From Candidatus Bathyarchaeia archaeon (GTDB lineage Archaea > Thermoproteota > Bathyarchaeia > Bathyarchaeales > Bathycorpusculaceae), in NCBI GenBank assembly GCA_050012755.1, contig JBEKGO010000041.1:1-17112 (forward strand): a DNA stretch of 17,112 nucleotides, given 5' to 3'. The translations under genes were made by a program, and so were the position numbers. Position 1 is the first letter of the stretch, and the number at the start of each line of letters is the position of its first letter. The notes under the pieces were generated by a model, which was not told where the DNA came from, ran no database searches, and saw nothing but the letters and a program-made list of their open reading frames with translations. Below are positions 8,740 to 16,162 of this stretch, in pieces.

Positions 8740-10406
8740 TAGGAGCTCACTTTTGCTTTACGGTATATCAGTTGTGGGTCTGAGAAGTAGTCTAACACCA
8801 TTTTGGAAACGTCTTCGTAGGAGCGTATGTGTTTCTTGACCATGTACTCAAGGATTGTTTGTCTCATTTGGAGCTCTTGATCTATTTCTTCTGGAGAGTA
8901 TCCCCATTGTGTTGCGATTCTATCTAATAATGGGCTTCTTCCTACCCTAACGTAGATGTCTTTTTCGACGTCCCATTTGAATATGTCTTGGATTTTGAAG
9001 TCGTTTTTTTCTCTATCCCAACCGACCATTTCTGATACGCTTATGGTTCTTCTTAAGGAGACGTTGTTAACGACTAGTCTTCGTACGATTGAGATGGCGT
9101 TTAGGTTTTCTACTTGCGTAGGTGGAATGTTCATAGGTTTTGTTGTTAGTCTGTGAAGTACACCCTGTACATGTTCTGCGTGTATGGTTGTTAAGCCTAA
9201 GTGTCCGGTTGCCATAGCTTGGAATAGGGCGTAGGCTTCTTCGCCTCTGATTTCGCCTACGATGATGAAGTCGGGTCTTTGTCTTAGGGCAGCTCGGAGT
9301 AAGTCGAACATGCTGATGCTGCCAATTCCGGATTCGCCCACTGCACCTGCACCTGTACCTAAGCCTTGCCTTGTGACCATCATTTCCCAGTTTTGATGGG
9401 GTAAACGGATTTCTTGTGTGTCTTCTATGCTCACTATTTTTAGGGTTGGTCTAATGAATAGGCTGATGGCGTTGAGCATAGAGGTTTTTCCTCCGCCGAT
9501 GTCGCCGCCGATCATGACTGAGTGTCTGTTTTCTATTAAGAACCAGTAATACGCAGCGATTTCGGGTGACAGAGCCTTATACACTATTAAATCAGTGATG
9601 GTGAGAGGAGTTTTTTTGAATTTTCTAATGGTGAAGGTGCTGCCTTTAGGTGTTACCTCTGTTCCATAGGTTACTTGGGCTCGACTTCCATCAGATAATG
9701 TTCCGTCAAGGATTGGTTGCGCGATGGAGATGTGCCTGCCGCAGAGGTAGGCAAGTTTGAACACAAAGCTTTCTAGTTCCTGGTGAGTGTTGAATACTAC
9801 GTTTGAGGGTATTGATTCATATTTTCGGTGCCAAACAAACACTGGCGAGTTAATGCCATCACAAGAGACATCTTCAATATTTTCGTCTCTCATTATACCA
9901 TCTATTTTTCCAAAACCCAAGAAATCTCGAGTAATATAGTACTGATACTTACCGAGTGTGTTGGCATCCATATTTATGCGATATTTTATTGCTGTTTCCA
10001 AAATTTTGTATTTTAAGAAGTCTTCTGCTTCCGATTCATTTTTGAAACTTTTTGTGTTAATTGAAAGTTCATCCCAGAGAATACTTTTTAGCTCAGTTAA
10101 CAGTTGCCCATCCAATTCTGTTATCGTTGGCTCTAGAAGCGAATATTTTACCTCGTTTTTTTCGTCTTCAACAATTGCCGCATATGAAAAGGGAAGCAAA
10201 AGAGGATAATGCTCTTTGAAAGTTTCTGGAACCACAGATCCTCCCGCAGCATCTGTGTGATTTTCCACCGCAGGACCAGGTGTATTTTCATTTATAACTG
10301 AGGCATTTTCTGCTGGTGACTGTGATTGCTTGGATTTTTTTTCGCGTTTCCATATCTTCAATCTAGCTACCACATCATTAATTTCATAAGAGTCAATATA
10401 AACCAT
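8739..10406 (-). CDS. Type II/IV secretion system ATPase (FlaI/TadA/VirB11 family); true start may be GTG 10373
   Basis: Walker A GDIGGGKTS, SIEDTQEI Asp box, LRQRPDFIIVGEIRGEEA Walker B, MATGH...TTIHA His box. TTTATA at 10397-10402 lies 24 nt upstream of GTG 10373, which fits a leaderless start. Confidence 0.96.
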   Translation of the reverse strand: MVYIDSYEINDVVARLKIWKREKKSKQSQSPAENASVINENTPGPAVENHTDAAGGSVVPETFKEHYPLLLPFSYAAIVEDEKNEVKYSLLEPTITELDGQLLTELKSILWDELSINTKSFKNESEAEDFLKYKILETAIKYRINMDANTLGKYQYYITRDFLGFGKIDGIMRDENIEDVSCDGINSPVFVWHRKYESIPSNVVFNTHQELESFVFKLAYLCGRHISIAQPILDGTLSDGSRAQVTYGTEVTPKGSTFTIRKFKKTPLTITDLIVYKALSPEIAAYYWFLIENRHSVMIGGDIGGGKTSMLNAISLFIRPTLKIVSIEDTQEIRLPHQNWEMMVTRQGLGTGAGAVGESGIGSISMFDLLRAALRQRPDFIIVGEIRGEEAYALFQAMATGHLGLTTIHAEHVQGVLHRLTTKPMNIPPTQVENLNAISIVRRLVVNNVSLRRTISVSEMVGWDREKNDFKIQDIFKWDVEKDIYVRVGRSPLLDRIATQWGYSPEEIDQELQMRQTILEYMVKKHIRSYEDVSKMVLDYFSDPQLIYRKAKVSS

Positions 10407-10667
10407 GTTAACTTCAAATTCACTATTAGTGAGGGTGACTCTTGATTTGATCCACCTTCATGGAAAGATGACTGAAACATCCAAAGCACCGTCAAGCACG
10501 CGGCAGTTGACTGGGACGAAACTGAGATCTGGCAGTGCTGTTTTGAAGAAATCTGCAATTTTAGGGGGGCTAGACAAGATTGGTTTGAAGAATGCTCAAA
10601 TTGGGGAAAGGACTCAAGCGCTGGCAAGTCTTCTTCTTGTTTCCACTAAAAATCGCGAGCCGCGACT

Positions 10668-11078
10668 TCACTCAATTGGGATTCGCTTTATTTCTTTGAT
10701 TTGGTCGAAGTCTTCGTCGTCGCTGATGACTGATTTTGATCTCTTCTCAAGGGCAGAAGCCAAATGAATTGAGTCACGTGGATCCAATTTGTATTTGTCC
10801 ATTAATCTTTGCGCGTTGGCTATGACGTTTTCGTCTACTGGTACAAACTGCAAGTTTGGGAACCCTAGTAGTTTTCGGCCTTGACTTATTCCTTCATTTC
10901 TGCCCATTGTTCTGTTGACGACCCACACGACTTCATCCCAAGTTAACGTTGAAGTATAGGCTGATAGTTTTCCGTTCTCTACGCTAAGCAGAATCTCTTT
11001 GGCTTTTTTGGCCTTAGGTTGAGCCTCTACTGAATAAATTACGGGGTAGATAAAAACGTTTGAGTCAAGGTAGGGCAT
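10668..11078 (-). CDS. vapC: PIN-domain toxin, VapC family
   Basis: YLDSNVFIY, TWDEVVW, PRDSIHLASAL, ISDDEDFD. Confidence 0.93.
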   Translation of the reverse strand: MPYLDSNVFIYPVIYSVEAQPKAKKAKEILLSVENGKLSAYTSTLTWDEVVWVVNRTMGRNEGISQGRKLLGFPNLQFVPVDENVIANAQRLMDKYKLDPRDSIHLASALEKRSKSVISDDEDFDQIKEIKRIPIE

Positions 11079-11316
11079 GTCTTTGACCGACCTCTGCGGT
11101 TATGATTTTTTTTGTGTTTATGGGTTTTTTCAGTTTTGGAGCACTAGTAGAGCTGTAATATTCAGTGTAGTTACCTTCGATTTTGGGTTTGCTTATCACT
11201 ATTTCATTCTCGCGTACTTCAAGAGTCACATCGACACCCGGTTTTATTCCAATGGAGTCACGCATCCGCTTAGGAATTACAACTTGCCCTTTTGGCCCAA
11301 CGCTTTTTGTAGGCAT
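11065..11316 (-). CDS. AbrB/MazE/SpoVT-family antitoxin
   Basis: VGPKGQVVIPKRMRDSIGIKPGVDV signature; ATG 11316 preferred over TTG 11328; overlaps vapC. Confidence 0.92.
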   Translation of the reverse strand: MPTKSVGPKGQVVIPKRMRDSIGIKPGVDVTLEVRENEIVISKPKIEGNYTEYYSSTSAPKLKKPINTKKIITAEVGQRHALP

Positions 11317-11495
11317 AACTAACACCAATCAGCATAATTATCCAACCTACATTTATATTTTCTTACTATATGGTTATACATTTCAAGCAATATTGTCTCC
11401 GTACTAAGACATAAAAACAAGAAGTCATCTCTCACGATCCACCACTTAGCTTGACTATTATTGTCGGGGCCTAAAACTGTTAAAAAGTGAACGAA

Positions 11496-11723
11496 ATGGA
11501 CAGTTTAAAGATGCTTGGCAGTCAACGTGAGAACTTGAATACGTTTCAGTGGATTAGCCATACCTCAAATCGCGGTCCAACTACAAACTGAGACTACAAA
11601 GCAAGTTAACACATCGTTTGGAACGACCACCGCGGCAAAATCGCCCAAAGTTGCACAGAAGTACAACTGAGAAAACAACTTTCCGACATAACAAATTGTT
11701 CACACATCAAAACAAGATTGAAG
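11496..11723 (+). pseudogene. Decayed paralog of the HTH gene at 15772..16032
   Basis: Stitched translation MDSLKMLGSQR..IRFSGLAIPQIAVQLQT.DYKAS*HIVWNDHRGKIAQSCTEVQLRKQLSDITNCSHIKTRLK aligns with MDSSKMFAHQHWALKLRCMRLPIPQIAAQPTDEGYNTSQHTVWKDFHSKIAQDYSEELLRKPLADKTNYPDIKTRLK; needs about three 1-nt gaps and has one in-frame TAA. Confidence 0.8.
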
Positions 11724-11932
11724 CTTTGGGATGATACCTCTGTGCAAAATTCCCAAATTCAGGGTTTTGAGAGGTGTTTCTGAGGTGACTACTATCCACG
11801 GGAACTGGGACCTTTTTTTGTATTAGCTGCTTTGAAAGGGTGAAGCCAGTCTTTCTCTGGGCGGATTTTTGGGTTTGAACCAGCAGTTAAGTCCATGTTT
11901 CAAAAATCTTAAGACCCAGTACGAAAATGGAA

Positions 11933-12343
11933 TTATTCTTTTATGAATATGACATTGTCTAATTCTTTAAAATGCAAGTCACCAGTAACTACTTTTCCTT
12001 TTTTGGATCGGGCTAAGCATAGAACAATGGAGTCTGCGAGCCCCCAACTCTTTTCTTTCTTTTTCATTTCTACGTCAATTTTGCCGGCTTCTATTGCCAT
12101 CTCAAAATCCAAGTTAACTATTTGACTTTTGGCTCTTATGAATTCTAGGCGTTCTGTTCTTCCTTGTGGGGTCTCATTTCCAAGTTCAATTTCCTTTGTT
12201 AGTTTTCGGCTTATTTCCGAAACGACTATTGTTGGAGTTGTCGAATCTTGGCTTTCTATGTATTTTTTGGCAATCTCTCCAGATTTGGATGCTCTAAAAT
12301 ACTCTATCCACGCATAAGAATCGATTACATATTTAGAGCTCAT
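11933..12343 (-). CDS. vapC: PIN-domain toxin, VapC family
   Basis: YVIDSYAWIEYF, IVVSEI, WGLADSIVL, VVTGDLHF; ATG 12343 overlaps antitoxin end. Confidence 0.93.
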   Translation of the reverse strand: MSSKYVIDSYAWIEYFRASKSGEIAKKYIESQDSTTPTIVVSEISRKLTKEIELGNETPQGRTERLEFIRAKSQIVNLDFEMAIEAGKIDVEMKKKEKSWGLADSIVLCLARSKKGKVVTGDLHFKELDNVIFIKE

Positions 12344-12533
12344 GGAATTCCGCTTCATCTTTCTTTGAAAAAGGTTTTAGCTTGCGGTTTGACCCAAACA
12401 TTGAGCAGGGAATTTTGTTTCTTTCAATAATGAGTGTTTTAATGACTTCGTCGTGGCTGCGGGCTTTTGTTTCTTTTTTGATTAGGTTCAGCATTTGTAA
12501 GGTTTTTTCGTCTACCTGAACTGTTGTTGGCAT
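12333..12533 (-). CDS. vapB: VapB-type antitoxin (RHH-like)
   Basis: MPTTVQVDEKTLQMLNLIKKETKARSHDEVIKTLI, SMFGS; directly upstream of and overlapping vapC. Confidence 0.88.
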   Translation of the reverse strand: MPTTVQVDEKTLQMLNLIKKETKARSHDEVIKTLIIERNKIPCSMFGSNRKLKPFSKKDEAEFHEL

Positions 12534-12547
12534 AATTGTCGCTAACT

Positions 12548-12566
12548 ACTATAACTATAACTATAA
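12548..12566. promoter_or_regulatory. (ACTATA)x3 tandem repeat in the vapB promoter, probable operator
   Basis: ACTATAACTATAACTATAA lies between the TATA-like sequence (about 12562-12571) and ATG 12533. Confidence 0.5.
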
Positions 12567-12765
12567 ATATAAGAATTTCTCCCAAAATTATTCAGACATA
12601 TTGGGTGAAAGGCATTACTAGACTGTGGAGGTAGTTTATTTTTTGGGCTCTTGTGAAAAACTCTTTGGTTTTGCAAGTTTTCCATGTTGCTTTGGGCTGC
12701 TTTTTTCTTTACAAATTCAGGTCTGAGACGCAAGAAACTTTTTAGCCTGCAAAGCGTTTGTTTTT

Positions 12766-13161
12766 CTACCAGGTCTCAAGCTTTAAGCTTTTGATTCTGC
12801 TAAAGTGCGATGTGTTGCGTGTAACGAGGGTCAAGTCGTTTTCGAGGGCTATCGCGGCTATCATGACGTCTCTGTAGTCACTGGGTTTACCTTTTGCCCC
12901 AAGTTTGGCAGATATTTCTGCAGCTCTTTTTGAAGAAGAAGAATCTAAAGGAATTACGTTTAGCCTATCAAGCAGCCGGAGGGCTTCTTTCAGATTCTCG
13001 CTTTGCATTTTAGATTTGTATGCGCCGAAGAAAATTTCAAACGTGTTAATGGCGGTAGTGGCGGCTCCTTTTGGTTCTTCATCAATTCCTATGACTTTGC
13101 TGTATGCGTCTTTTTTGCCTCGTAGAATAGCGATGAGTAGATCAGTGTCAAGGCAATTTAT
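12766..13161 (-). CDS. vapC: Full-length VapC PIN toxin (131 aa) starting at ATA; the ORF track shows only the last 80 aa
   Basis: In-frame upstream of ATG 13008: ATA-N-C-L-D-T-D-L-L-I-A-I-L-R-G...TTAINTFEIFFGAYKSK, then DYRDVMIAAIAL, LVTRNTSHF. AGGAGAG at 13170-13176 precedes ATA 13161; in-frame stop at 13180-13182. Confidence 0.85.
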   Translation of the reverse strand: MNCLDTDLLIAILRGKKDAYSKVIGIDEEPKGAATTAINTFEIFFGAYKSKMQSENLKEALRLLDRLNVIPLDSSSSKRAAEISAKLGAKGKPSDYRDVMIAAIALENDLTLVTRNTSHFSRIKSLKLETW

Positions 13162-13381
13162 TGGATATTCTCTCCTGAGTCATACGCCACCCCTCAGATA
13201 GTTCACTGTGAATAGCTGCTTCTTCTTCATCTGACATCTTCCAAGCGCCAAAACAGTCTGCTATCTTATTTGATTTTTTTGTGATCCGTAGAATTGTCTC
13301 TGTGAAGCTTTCCTTGTTTTTCTTTTCTCTGAGTAAGGCCTCGTATGCTTTTTCTGTTATTGAAATAGTTTTAGTTGCCAT
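13148..13381 (-). CDS. vapB: VapB-family antitoxin (DUF217-like)
   Basis: MATKTISITEKAYEALLREKKNKESFTETILRI...FGAWKMSDEE; ATG 13381 preferred. Confidence 0.9.
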   Translation of the reverse strand: MATKTISITEKAYEALLREKKNKESFTETILRITKKSNKIADCFGAWKMSDEEEAAIHSELSEGWRMTQERISNKLP

Positions 13382-13387
13382 ATTATA

Positions 13388-13405
13388 TGTATGTGTACAC
13401 ATACA
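13388..13405. promoter_or_regulatory. Perfect 18-bp palindrome, probable VapB operator
   Basis: TGTATGTGT/ACACATACA, 6 nt upstream of ATG 13381. Confidence 0.65.
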
Positions 13406-13705
13406 CAGATAAGCATTTCCTGGGAGTGAAGATTACAAGACAAAAACAAGGGAACTGGTAGCCATACAAAAAAGATGGTCATATGTCATCTTTGAGAATG
13501 ACTGAATTTTGCAGCGGAATAATGGCGTTTGACTCTTTGAGATGGCAATCAATGAGTTATGAAACAGACTGGAGCTTTGTTTGCGACGTTTTAAGTTTTA
13601 AATTCTTCGCTTGAGATTGATGTCTGGTCCGAAACAAAACAGTGTTTTCATGTGGATAAAGTTTAATATGTATGTTTTCTTTACTTTTTCTACTAGGTGT
13701 AAATA

Positions 13706-13960
13706 TTGAGTGAAGCTAAAGCCATTAAAGTCAGCAAGGAAACATATGCCAAACTATGCGAAGTCGCCGGTGAATTACAAGTCAAGTTGAGGCGGCCAGT
13801 GTCAATAGAGGAAGCAATAAAAGATCTGATAAAAAGAAAAGAAAAAGGAAGAAAGATCTCTGATTTGGCAGGCTCTTGGAACATAACTGACGCAGAATTC
13901 AAAGAAATAAAAACCTCAATTGATGAGTCGTGGAAAAAATGGAACCCAACAGAACAATAA
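13706..13960 (+). CDS. vapB: VapB-type antitoxin
   Basis: KAIKVSKETYAKL, VSIEEAIKDLI, ISDLAGSW; TTG start with AGGTG SD; overlaps vapC. Confidence 0.85.
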   Translation: MSEAKAIKVSKETYAKLCEVAGELQVKLRRPVSIEEAIKDLIKRKEKGRKISDLAGSWNITDAEFKEIKTSIDESWKKWNPTEQ

Positions 13961-14346
13961 TTGATACAGACATACTAACAGACTTTTTAAGAAACAAAAA
14001 GGAAGACGTTACATTCATAACTCAACTTGAAGAGAAAAAAACGCTTCTATCCACTACGGCAATTAATGCTTTTGAGTTATATTACGGTGCATATAAATCC
14101 AGACAATCCATTCAAACCCTACAAGCCACAAAGAAACTGCTTGAAAGATTAGTTCTCTTGCCCCTAACCCCACGATCAGCTCAAAGGGCAGGTCATATTT
14201 ACGCAGAACTTGAATTGGATGGGCACTCAATAGGGCTCAGAGACACCTTCATAGCAGCTATAGCCCTCACAAGAAGCTGTAGCGTAGCAACCCGAAACAT
14301 TGAACACTTCAAGAAAGTCAAAGGCTTAACTGTAATAACCACTTAA
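13939..14346 (+). CDS. vapC: PIN-domain toxin, VapC family
   Basis: IIDTDILTDFLR, TTAINAFELYYGAYKS, LRDTFIAAIAL, ATRNIEHF; ATG 13939 preferred over GTG 13930. Confidence 0.93.
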   Translation: MEPNRTIIDTDILTDFLRNKKEDVTFITQLEEKKTLLSTTAINAFELYYGAYKSRQSIQTLQATKKLLERLVLLPLTPRSAQRAGHIYAELELDGHSIGLRDTFIAAIALTRSCSVATRNIEHFKKVKGLTVITT

Positions 14347-14432
14347 TGCGAGATATGATTCAAGTTTTCGTCTGCTATGTTTCTTAGGAATTTGTGGACT
14401 CTATGATGAGCTATGATGCTGTACTTAGGCAC
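14343..14432 (-). pseudogene. Truncated RelE/ParE-like toxin (29 aa N-terminal stub)
   Basis: GTG overlapping the antitoxin stop gives MPKYSIIAHHRVHKFLRNIADENLNHISH*, matching the first strand and helix of RelE-type toxins; ends at the TTAA shared with the convergent vapC stop. Confidence 0.6.
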
Positions 14433-14637
14433 CTTTGAGTTCCTCAAGTGTTACGCGTTTTCCACGTTTCATCTCTTGGATAGCCTCTTCAATTTCTTTA
14501 GCTTCTTTTTTGCTGACTGTAGCTTCGGGAAGGTTTTTAATTATGACTTCTTCAACTGCGTTTTCAATAAGGATTAGTCTGTCGTTAACTTTTTTGACTT
14601 CCTGGAAGATCATTTCGAGTGTAACAGGAGTGCTCAC
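14425..14637 (-). CDS. RelB-like antitoxin
   Basis: SKKEAKEIEEAIQEMKRGKRVTLEEL C-terminus typical of archaeal RelE-partner antitoxins; GTG 14637 has GAGGA upstream. Confidence 0.75.
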   Translation of the reverse strand: MSTPVTLEMIFQEVKKVNDRLILIENAVEEVIIKNLPEATVSKKEAKEIEEAIQEMKRGKRVTLEELKGA

Positions 14638-14815
14638 GCTATTCCTCAATATGACTATGAGTTTAAGGGATTAATATGTCTTAACTCGAGATAAAAACGG
14701 CTAAACCGTCCAAGCTTTATTTCGTTGACTAAAAATTCAACCATACCTACCAATGTTGAGACCCCTTACTTATGTAGCCAAAAGGTCAGCACTCTTATTT
14801 TCAATGGATACGAGA

Positions 14816-15085
14816 TTACGTGGGTTCAAGCGTACCGTGCGGTGCATTATCATGACGATGAATAAGCCCTCTTACATGTCGCTGCTCCCAGTGATAAGAA
14901 TACTTTCCAGAAGTTGATAGCCAAACATCAACAAAACTCTCATCCAATAAGAAAATTCGAAGCCTCTCAACAGTGCCTGACGAAGTAAACCGAAGTTGAA
15001 CATCAACTGCTATATCAGAAAAATCTGCAAGAACAACTTCAACAACGCAATTAAATTGCTCTTCCAAACTTGAACGGCTATTCAT
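14816..15085 (-). CDS. DUF6516/TumE-like putative toxin, probably C-terminally truncated
   Basis: LRIFLLDESFVDVW, KYSYHWE, HRHDNAPH motifs; ends 6 residues after DNAPH and lacks the downstream FP-x-H-x-H segment usual in this family. Confidence 0.7.
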   Translation of the reverse strand: MNSRSSLEEQFNCVVEVVLADFSDIAVDVQLRFTSSGTVERLRIFLLDESFVDVWLSTSGKYSYHWEQRHVRGLIHRHDNAPHGTLEPT

Positions 15086-15376
15086 GTTTAAGTGCCACTA
15101 ACTCTTTTCGAATCTTCTTGGCACGCTCTTCAAGATTCTCCAAGATAATCAAGTCTTCCCACGCCGGATGTTCTGCAATGCTGCCTTTTTCAATTTTCTT
15201 CTCCAGTTCTATTGCACTTTTAACCTCATGTCGAGTTTTTATTTCATGGATTTCAGCAAAACAAATCCTTAACTGTGCTTCAAGCAATCCCTCTAATCCC
15301 TTTTTTACAAGTTCTTTTGGTGAAACACCCAAAACCTTGGAAACTCTCTCTCAAGGATTGCAGCATTTTCAGCCAT
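15078..15376 (-). pseudogene. Cognate antitoxin of the DUF6516-like gene, frameshifted by one extra GA unit
   Basis: ATG 15376 reads MAENAAILER then shifts in GAGAGAGAG (15344-15352); removing 2 nt gives MAENAAILERVSKVLGVSPKELVKKGL...EHPAWEDLIILENL. Confidence 0.7.
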
Positions 15377-15469
15377 ACTAATACAACTTAACGATTATAT
15401 GCCAGGTGACCCTATAACTCTTTCTTTAACTCGAATAAAGCGTCAAACAATCAAAGAGTTACTGTAGCT

Positions 15470-15556
15470 TTGTTTTGTTTTATGTCGGTTATTTTTTGCT
15501 ACCGCGCTGCTTCTCAGTATGCCTAAATCAAACCTTGTGGTCGCTCTCAAACCATA
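15470..15556 (-). pseudogene. Probable C-terminal fragment of an HK97-fold phage major capsid protein
   Basis: YGLRATTRFDLGILRSSAVAK, then ITDIKQ after a 1-nt shift in an A6 run; resembles from memory the terminal strands of archaeal tailed-virus capsid proteins. Not confirmed by search. Confidence 0.45.
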
Positions 15557-15771
15557 TGTAACAAACTTCGGATCGCTCCGATATTCGGTATACCTGCGAT
15601 ACGATTATAATCCATAAACAACAACCATCTTCCCAAACTCAACATACCAAAAAAAGGTTAGTCTCTACTTAAACAAGATATTTTAATTTATTGAATGCGA
15701 GGTAGCGATGTCTTTTGGGCTTAGAGCGCAACTATTACTCAGATGGGCAAAACTGCAAAAAAATTAAAGAA

Positions 15772-16032
15772 ATGGATAGTTCAAAGATGTTTGCCCACCA
15801 ACACTGGGCACTTAAACTGCGTTGCATGAGGTTACCCATACCGCAAATCGCCGCCCAGCCAACAGACGAAGGCTATAACACAAGTCAACATACAGTATGG
15901 AAAGACTTCCACAGCAAAATTGCCCAAGACTACTCCGAAGAGCTCCTGCGAAAACCACTTGCAGACAAAACAAACTACCCAGACATCAAAACACGGTTAA
16001 AAAGCGAGGCGCGTTTTGAGGTGGAACAGTGA
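15772..16032 (+). CDS. Putative HTH protein, possibly degenerate and virus-derived (terminase small subunit-like)
   Basis: ALKLRCMRLPIPQIAAQPTDEGYNTSQHTVWKDF has HTH spacing; ATG 15772 chosen because the paralog at 11496 also begins MDS-x-KM. Confidence 0.5.
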   Translation: MDSSKMFAHQHWALKLRCMRLPIPQIAAQPTDEGYNTSQHTVWKDFHSKIAQDYSEELLRKPLADKTNYPDIKTRLKSEARFEVEQ

Positions 16033-16162
16033 ATGGCGCATCGAAGAATGCCACTAAGTGTTATCGGCGATCCTGTGAATGTGCTGTATAGTTTTTGAGG
16101 CTGCGAAGCCTGAACCACCTGCAGAGTTCACGACCATCAATGTCTAAAAGACTGCCGGGTTG

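Noticed and set aside
5848-10209. Plus-strand ORFs over the TackOD1 and pilus genes, including 6224..6874 (216 aa)
   Set aside because: Antisense shadows with F/L/S-rich composition expected from the A-rich coding strand.
10367-10767. ORFs 10367..10627 (-) and 10405..10767 (+) as a pilin or other gene
   Set aside because: No class III signal peptide or hydrophobic N-terminal helix, and both overlap real genes. The spacer may be a decayed remnant, but I could not assign it.
12542-12733. 63-aa ORF ending YIYSYSYSS
   Set aside because: Its end is the promoter tandem repeat read in frame; no coding signal.
13410-13700. Possible ncRNA or gene remnant between divergent vapB genes
   Set aside because: No convincing ORF, stable stem or similarity to other parts of the window was found by eye.
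10668-15400. Integron-type cassette array explaining the TA cluster
   Set aside because: No recurring attC-like palindromes seen between modules, orientation is mixed, and there is no integrase in the window.
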